From: Trueperaceae bacterium
Lineage (GTDB): Bacteria > Deinococcota > Deinococci > Deinococcales > Trueperaceae
Direction: 5' to 3'
DNA: 33,039 nt
NCBI GenBank assembly: GCA_035703635.1
Contig: DASSXV010000077.1
Location: forward strand, 1-33,039
A program made the position numbers and the translations under genes. This document shows positions 28,480 through 33,039 of this stretch, one piece after another. The first letter of the stretch is position 1; each line of letters starts with the position of its first letter. The notes under the pieces are model-generated. The model searched no databases. It was not told the DNA's origin and saw only the letters and a list, made by a program, of their open reading frames with translations.

Positions 28480-29436
28480 GTGAAACGCCTGCAGTTCGTC
28501 GATTCGCACACCGGCGGTGAGCCGACGCGCCTCGTTGTCGCGGGCGGCCCTGAGTTGGGCGGCGGTCCGCTCGCTGGACGCCTCGAGCGCTTCAAGGCAG
28601 ACCACGACCGCTTCCGCCGCGCGGTCGTCAACGAACCGCGCGGCTCTGACGTCCTCGTCGGCGGCCTCCTCTGCCCGCCAACTGATGCAAACGCGGCGGC
28701 GGGCGTCATCTTCTTCAACAACGTCGGCTACTTGGGCATGTGCGGTCACGGAACCATCGGTCTGGTCGCCACGCTCGCGCACTTGGGGCAGCTCGGCAGT
28801 GGCCGCCACTTGATCGAGACGCCCGTCGGCGACGTCACCGCCGAGCTGCATGCCGATGGACGCGTGAGCGTGCACAACGTGCCCGCATACCGCCACGCGG
28901 CGGGAGTGAGCCTGCAGGTCGAGTGGCGCGGCGAGCTGCGGACGGTCACGGGCGACGTCGCCTGGGGCGGCAACTGGTTCTTCCTATGCACCAGCCGCGT
29001 TGACGCTCTTGGGCTAAGTGTGAACACGGACCACCTCGAGGAGTTGACGGAGTTCTCCTGGGCCCTCAAGCAGGCCTTGGTCGCCGCCGGCATCACTGGC
29101 GCTGGTGGCGCCGAGATCGATCACGTCGAGCTCTTCGTGCCTGGGGTAAGCGGCGCAGACTCGCGCTCCTTCGTGCTCTGCCCAGGCAAGGCGTACGACC
29201 GCTCCCCATGCGGCACCGGCACGAGCGCCAAGCTCGCCTGCCTGGCGGCCGACGGGCTGCTTGCGCCCGGCGCGCCGTGGGTGCAGGAAAGCGTCATCGG
29301 CAGTCGCTTCGAGGCGCGCTACTCCCTCGGGTCCGGGGGAGCCGTCCTGCCCGTCATAACCGGACGCGCCCACGTGATGGCGGAAGGCGCCTTGCTGATA
29401 GACCCAGCGGACGAGTTCGGTTGGGGCATCCCGTGA
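28480..29436 (+). CDS. 4-hydroxyproline 2-epimerase (proline racemase family)
   Basis: [20 protein letters not shown] (Val where proline racemases have Phe), catalytic Cys pair MCGHG and [29 protein letters not shown]. Confidence 0.92.
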   Translation: MKRLQFVDSHTGGEPTRLVVAGGPELGGGPLAGRLERFKADHDRFRRAVVNEPRGSDVLVGGLLCPPTDANAAAGVIFFNNVGYLGMCGHGTIGLVATLAHLGQLGSGRHLIETPVGDVTAELHADGRVSVHNVPAYRHAAGVSLQVEWRGELRTVTGDVAWGGNWFFLCTSRVDALGLSVNTDHLEELTEFSWALKQALVAAGITGAGGAEIDHVELFVPGVSGADSRSFVLCPGKAYDRSPCGTGTSAKLACLAADGLLAPGAPWVQESVIGSRFEARYSLGSGGAVLPVITGRAHVMAEGALLIDPADEFGWGIP

Positions 29437-30716
29437 CGCTAGGCGGCGGAGGGACCGGGTGGCGCGCGGTAGTCGTTGGCGCGGGCATCATCGGCTTGAT
29501 GTCCGCCCACCACCTTCGGCGCCGCGGTTTCGAGGTCGTGGTCGTCGACCAGGAGGGGCCGGAGCGCGCCACCACCTCTTACGGCAATGCCGGGATGATC
29601 GTGCCGAGCCACTTCGTGCCGCTCGCCGCGCCCGGCGTCGTGCTGCAAGGCATCAAGTGGATGGCGAACCCGAAGAGCCCCTTCTACGTCAAGCCGCGCC
29701 TCTCCCCCGACTTGCTTACGTGGGGGTGGCGGTTCTACCGCGCCGGCACGGCGCGGCACGTGGCGTCGAGCTCGCCGCTCCTACTAGCGCTCAACCTCGC
29801 CAGCCGCGACGAGTACGTGAAGCTAGACGCGGAGTTGGGCGGCGGCATCGGCTTCGAGCGCCGCGGTCTCACCATGCTGTGCGCCACGCAGAAGGGCCTG
29901 GACGAGGAGGCGCACGTCGCCGAGATGGCGCGGGCGTTGGGCAGTAGGGCCAACGTGCTCGACGCCGCCGGGGTGAGGGCCCTCGAGCCGGACATCGAGC
30001 TGAACGTGGTCGGTGGGGTGCACTTTCCCGACGACGCGCACCTAGACCCAGGCGCGCTCATGCTGGCGTTGCAGGCGGCGCTGATCGAGGACGGTGTCGA
30101 GTTCCGCTTCGGCGCGCACGTTATCGGTTTCGACCGCAACGCTGCCGGCATCCTCGCCGTCAACATCGCGGCACCGAGGCAGCCAGAGGCCATCGGCGGT
30201 GACGTGTTCGTGCTTGCCGCTGGTGCGTGGACGGGTCGACTAGCGCGGCTCCTCGACATGCACGTGCCGATGCAACCGGGGAAGGGCTACACCCTCACCC
30301 TCGAGCAGCCTCCGCAACGCCTCGCCGTACCGTCGATCCTCACGGAGGCGCGTGTCGCCGTCACGCGCATGGGTGAGAAGCTTCGGGTGGGCGGCACGAT
30401 GGAGCTCAGCGGTTTCAACGAGGCCGCCAACGAACCGCGCGTGCAGGGCATCATCGAGGCGGCCCTGCGCTACTTCCCGCGCCTCTCCGCCAACGATTTC
30501 GCGGCGCCCGCGCGCTGGCACGGTTTCAGGCCGCTCTCGCCGGACGGACTCCCTTACCTCGGCGCGTCTACGCACCACCGCAACCTGATCGTGGCGTCCG
30601 GCCACGGGATGATGGGCGTCAGCCTCGCGCCGATCACCGGGAAACTCGTTGGGGAGCTAGCTGCCGGCGAGCCTACGAGCGTCGACGTTCGGGCGTTGGC
30701 GGTGGAGCGGTTCTGA
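29433..30716 (+). CDS. FAD-dependent D-amino acid dehydrogenase family protein, probable D-hydroxyproline dehydrogenase (LhpB-like)
   Basis: [60 protein letters not shown] 29433 overlaps the epimerase TGA. Substrate is inferred from context. Confidence 0.82.
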   Translation: MTLGGGGTGWRAVVVGAGIIGLMSAHHLRRRGFEVVVVDQEGPERATTSYGNAGMIVPSHFVPLAAPGVVLQGIKWMANPKSPFYVKPRLSPDLLTWGWRFYRAGTARHVASSSPLLLALNLASRDEYVKLDAELGGGIGFERRGLTMLCATQKGLDEEAHVAEMARALGSRANVLDAAGVRALEPDIELNVVGGVHFPDDAHLDPGALMLALQAALIEDGVEFRFGAHVIGFDRNAAGILAVNIAAPRQPEAIGGDVFVLAAGAWTGRLARLLDMHVPMQPGKGYTLTLEQPPQRLAVPSILTEARVAVTRMGEKLRVGGTMELSGFNEAANEPRVQGIIEAALRYFPRLSANDFAAPARWHGFRPLSPDGLPYLGASTHHRNLIVASGHGMMGVSLAPITGKLVGELAAGEPTSVDVRALAVERF

Positions 30717-30806
30717 GCGTGCTCCCCGCCGTCGACGCGCCCGAGGTGGATGGCAAGCGGAGTACTCACCTCGAACCTGTACGCTTGCTTGAGCGAGGAG
30801 GTCGTC

Positions 30807-31286
30807 ATGACACGAACGATACGAGGCACGCAGCGCCGCACCAAGCGCCTAGCGCACCTGCTGAGCGTGACCGCTGGAGCGCTGTTGCTGCTGACGAGTT
30901 GCGGTCTCGGCCAGAAGCCGAAGGTCGGGGCTTTCGACTACACGGGAACGTGGCGCGGCACCGTCAGCGATGATGCCAACGGCGCGGGCACCGCCCTCGT
31001 CACCCTCCAGCAGGACGAGTACGCCCTCGCGGGCACGTGGCATACCGTGATGGGCGGAGATGCCGCGCGGCAAGACGGTGGCGCCTGGACGGGCCAACTG
31101 TTCGTTGGCAAGGATGGCGACCTGCTCGACGTCGTGTTGAGCCCGGCCGTGGCTGGCGAATGCTCCTACAAGCTCACGCTCTCGCGCACGCAGGAGAGCG
31201 TTAGCGGTAGCTACGAGCCGGCGGGGGCCACCACGACGTGCGCCAACTTGACGCGCGGGACGTTGCAGCTGGCCAAGCAGAACTAA
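30807..31286 (+). CDS. Hypothetical lipoprotein, predicted all-beta
   Basis: GAGGAGG before ATG 30807; basic N-region, hydrophobic core, LTSC lipobox; YTGTWRGT, LAGTW and VSGSY strands; two further Cys. Confidence 0.8.
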   Translation: MTRTIRGTQRRTKRLAHLLSVTAGALLLLTSCGLGQKPKVGAFDYTGTWRGTVSDDANGAGTALVTLQQDEYALAGTWHTVMGGDAARQDGGAWTGQLFVGKDGDLLDVVLSPAVAGECSYKLTLSRTQESVSGSYEPAGATTTCANLTRGTLQLAKQN

Positions 31287-31425
31287 GTGCCGCCTGGAGC
31301 AGGCTGACGACGAGCATGGCGGAGGTCGCCCAAGCGTGCCGTAAGCACGGCCACTCACGAAGCAAGCGAGTACCCTACCGTGTGCCCCGTCGGCGAACTC
31401 CCGGCAGCACAACCGAAGGAGGCTC

Positions 31426-32349
31426 GTGATGAGAAGATTCCTTGTCATCCTCGCCCTACTAACTGGAATGGTCACGGCCGCCGCGCAAGACGCCGCAAAG
31501 CCCATCACGATCGGGTCCAAGATCGATACGGAAGGCTCCGTACTTGCGCAGGTGATCAAGCTGATGCTGGAGGCCAACGGCATTCAGGTCGTCGATCGCT
31601 CGGGCTTCGGCACCACGTCCGTCGTGCGCCAGGCGCTGCTCTCAGGCGAGATCGACATGTACCCGGAGTACACAGGCACCGCCCTCACGTTCTTCCCGAA
31701 CGCCGACCTGCCAGCTGACATCTCCACGAACGCGACGGAGCTGTACGACACCGTCAAGCGCCTCGACGCTGAACAGAACGACGTCGTCTGGCTTGGCCGC
31801 TCACCCGCCAACAACACCTGGGCGCTTGCCGTTCCCAAGGCCCTCGCGGAAGCCAACGGCCTGACGAGCGTCGCCGACCTCGCTACCTACATCAACGCAG
31901 GCAAGCCGTTCAAGCTGGCTGCCAGCCAGGAGTTCGTCGATAGAGAAGACGCCCTACCCGCCTTCGAGAAGACCTACGGCTTCGAGGTGAAAGGCGATCA
32001 GCTCGTCGTGTTAGCTGGCGGCAACACCACCCAGACCGAGACGGCGGCCGCCAACGGCACCGACGGCGTCAACGCCGCCATGGCATACGGCACGGACGGC
32101 GCCATCAGCGCTCTCGGCCTGGTCACTTTGACCGACCCTAAAGGCGCCGTGGCCATCTACCAACCGGCGCCCATCGTGCGCGGCGAGGTGGCGCGCGCCT
32201 ACCCGAACCTCGGGAGCATCCTCGACCCCGTGTTCGCCAGCCTCGATGTGAGCGTGCTACAGGACCTCAACGGGAAGGTGGCCGTCGACGGCGAGAACCC
32301 TAGCGACGTGGCGCACGCCTACCTCGTGAGCGCCGGTTTCCTGAAATGA
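31426..32349 (+). CDS. osmF: Osmoprotectant (glycine betaine-type) ABC substrate-binding protein, OsmF/YehZ-like
   Basis: GSKIDTEG, GEIDMYPEYTG, PANNTWA, FKLAASQEF, ALPAFEKTYGF, VNAAMAYGTDG, YQPAPIVR. Confidence 0.9.
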   Translation: MMRRFLVILALLTGMVTAAAQDAAKPITIGSKIDTEGSVLAQVIKLMLEANGIQVVDRSGFGTTSVVRQALLSGEIDMYPEYTGTALTFFPNADLPADISTNATELYDTVKRLDAEQNDVVWLGRSPANNTWALAVPKALAEANGLTSVADLATYINAGKPFKLAASQEFVDREDALPAFEKTYGFEVKGDQLVVLAGGNTTQTETAAANGTDGVNAAMAYGTDGAISALGLVTLTDPKGAVAIYQPAPIVRGEVARAYPNLGSILDPVFASLDVSVLQDLNGKVAVDGENPSDVAHAYLVSAGFLK

Positions 32350-32367
32350 CCGGCGCCTGACGGCAGC

Positions 32368-33039
32368 GTGAGCGTTCCCGGCAGGAGCGTGCTGCTACTA
32401 GCGGCAGGGCTCGGCTTGGCGGCGCAACTGCCAGCCTGGTTCATCCTCAAGCCGAACCGCCTCGTTAACGGTCAAGGCTTCGCGCTTCACGGCCTCGACG
32501 GCAGCCTGTGGTGGTTGCTTGCCCTCGTGTGGCTGGCCGCGGCGGCGAGCGCGTTGCGGCCGCGCCTCTTGGTCGCCGCGCCGGCTCTCGCCGCCGTTAC
32601 GACCGGGCTCACGCTCTACGCCGCCGCCAGTGGCTCCAGGCTGCTGTCAGTGGGTCAGCAGGCCAGCGCCCGCGTTTCACTCGGCATGGGGTTCTGGCTT
32701 GCGCTGGTGGCGTGTTACGTGGGGTGGTTCGCCGCCACGCGCCTTGCCGCCCGCCGGAGTCACGCGGTCAGCGCGGCCCTGCTAGCTGGGGCGTTCGTGC
32801 TCTACCTCGTCATCAGCGGCCAGCTGGCAGGCCTAGGCCTGGTACGCGAGCTGGCTGCCCAAGGCGCGGACTTCAAGGCCGAGCTAGGGCGGCACCTAGC
32901 GCTGAGCGGTACCAGCCTCCTCTTCGGGGTGGCCATCGGCCTACCTGCAGCCGTTGCCGCGCACCGGCGGCCAGGCGTAGCGACGTGGTTGCTGCCAACC
33001 GTCGCGTTCTTTCAGACGGTGCCGTCCCTCGCACTGTTC
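32368..33039 (+). CDS. Osmoprotectant ABC permease (YehY-like); 3' end lies outside the window
   Basis: Hand translation from GTG 32368: VSVPGRSVLLLAAGLGLAAQLPAWFILKPNRLVNGQG...ARVSLGMGFWL...RHLALS...FFQTVPSLALF; frame open to the window end. Confidence 0.85.
   Translation, partial: MSVPGRSVLLLAAGLGLAAQLPAWFILKPNRLVNGQGFALHGLDGSLWWLLALVWLAAAASALRPRLLVAAPALAAVTTGLTLYAAASGSRLLSVGQQASARVSLGMGFWLALVACYVGWFAATRLAARRSHAVSAALLAGAFVLYLVISGQLAGLGLVRELAAQGADFKAELGRHLALSGTSLLFGVAIGLPAAVAAHRRPGVATWLLPTVAFFQTVPSLALF

Noticed and set aside
28480..29436. Proline racemase or 3-hydroxyproline dehydratase
   Set aside because: The Cys/Cys catalytic pair argues against a Cys/Thr dehydratase, and [10 protein letters not shown] matches Hyp epimerases rather than the MFG of proline racemases.
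32346..32360. ATG overlapping the osmF stop as the permease start
   Set aside because: That frame reads MTGA* and stops after four codons; the permease frame opens at GTG 32368.

Overview
High-GC bacterial window, probably Deinococcota/Trueperaceae-like (inferred from ...ALAQ signal peptides, near-leaderless starts and gene content; not verified). Left to right: (1) a STAND NTPase-TPR gene with an unusual N-terminal hydrophobic helix, which runs off the left edge and is absent from the ORF track. (2) A minus-strand Liv-type ABC operon. (3) A GntR/HutC-PhnD-PhnC-PhnE-PhnE-HAD-IIA phosphatase operon without C-P lyase genes, with a divergent Na/Pi cotransporter. (4) A small SFPASDPP-motif protein and a DUF302 gene behind a CsoR-type operator. 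(5) A second Liv-type ABC operon, gdhA and an aldo/keto reductase. (6) A ~1 kb low-GC islet with a strong promoter, a signal-peptide reading frame broken by two in-frame stops, and a coupled orphan lipoprotein. (7) A complete 4-hydroxyproline catabolic cluster with an embedded prolyl aminopeptidase and GntR regulator. (8) A lipoprotein and the start of an OsmF/YehY osmoprotectant ABC operon. No rRNA, tRNA, CRISPR array, transposase or integrase was seen. All family calls come from motif recognition by eye, not database searches.
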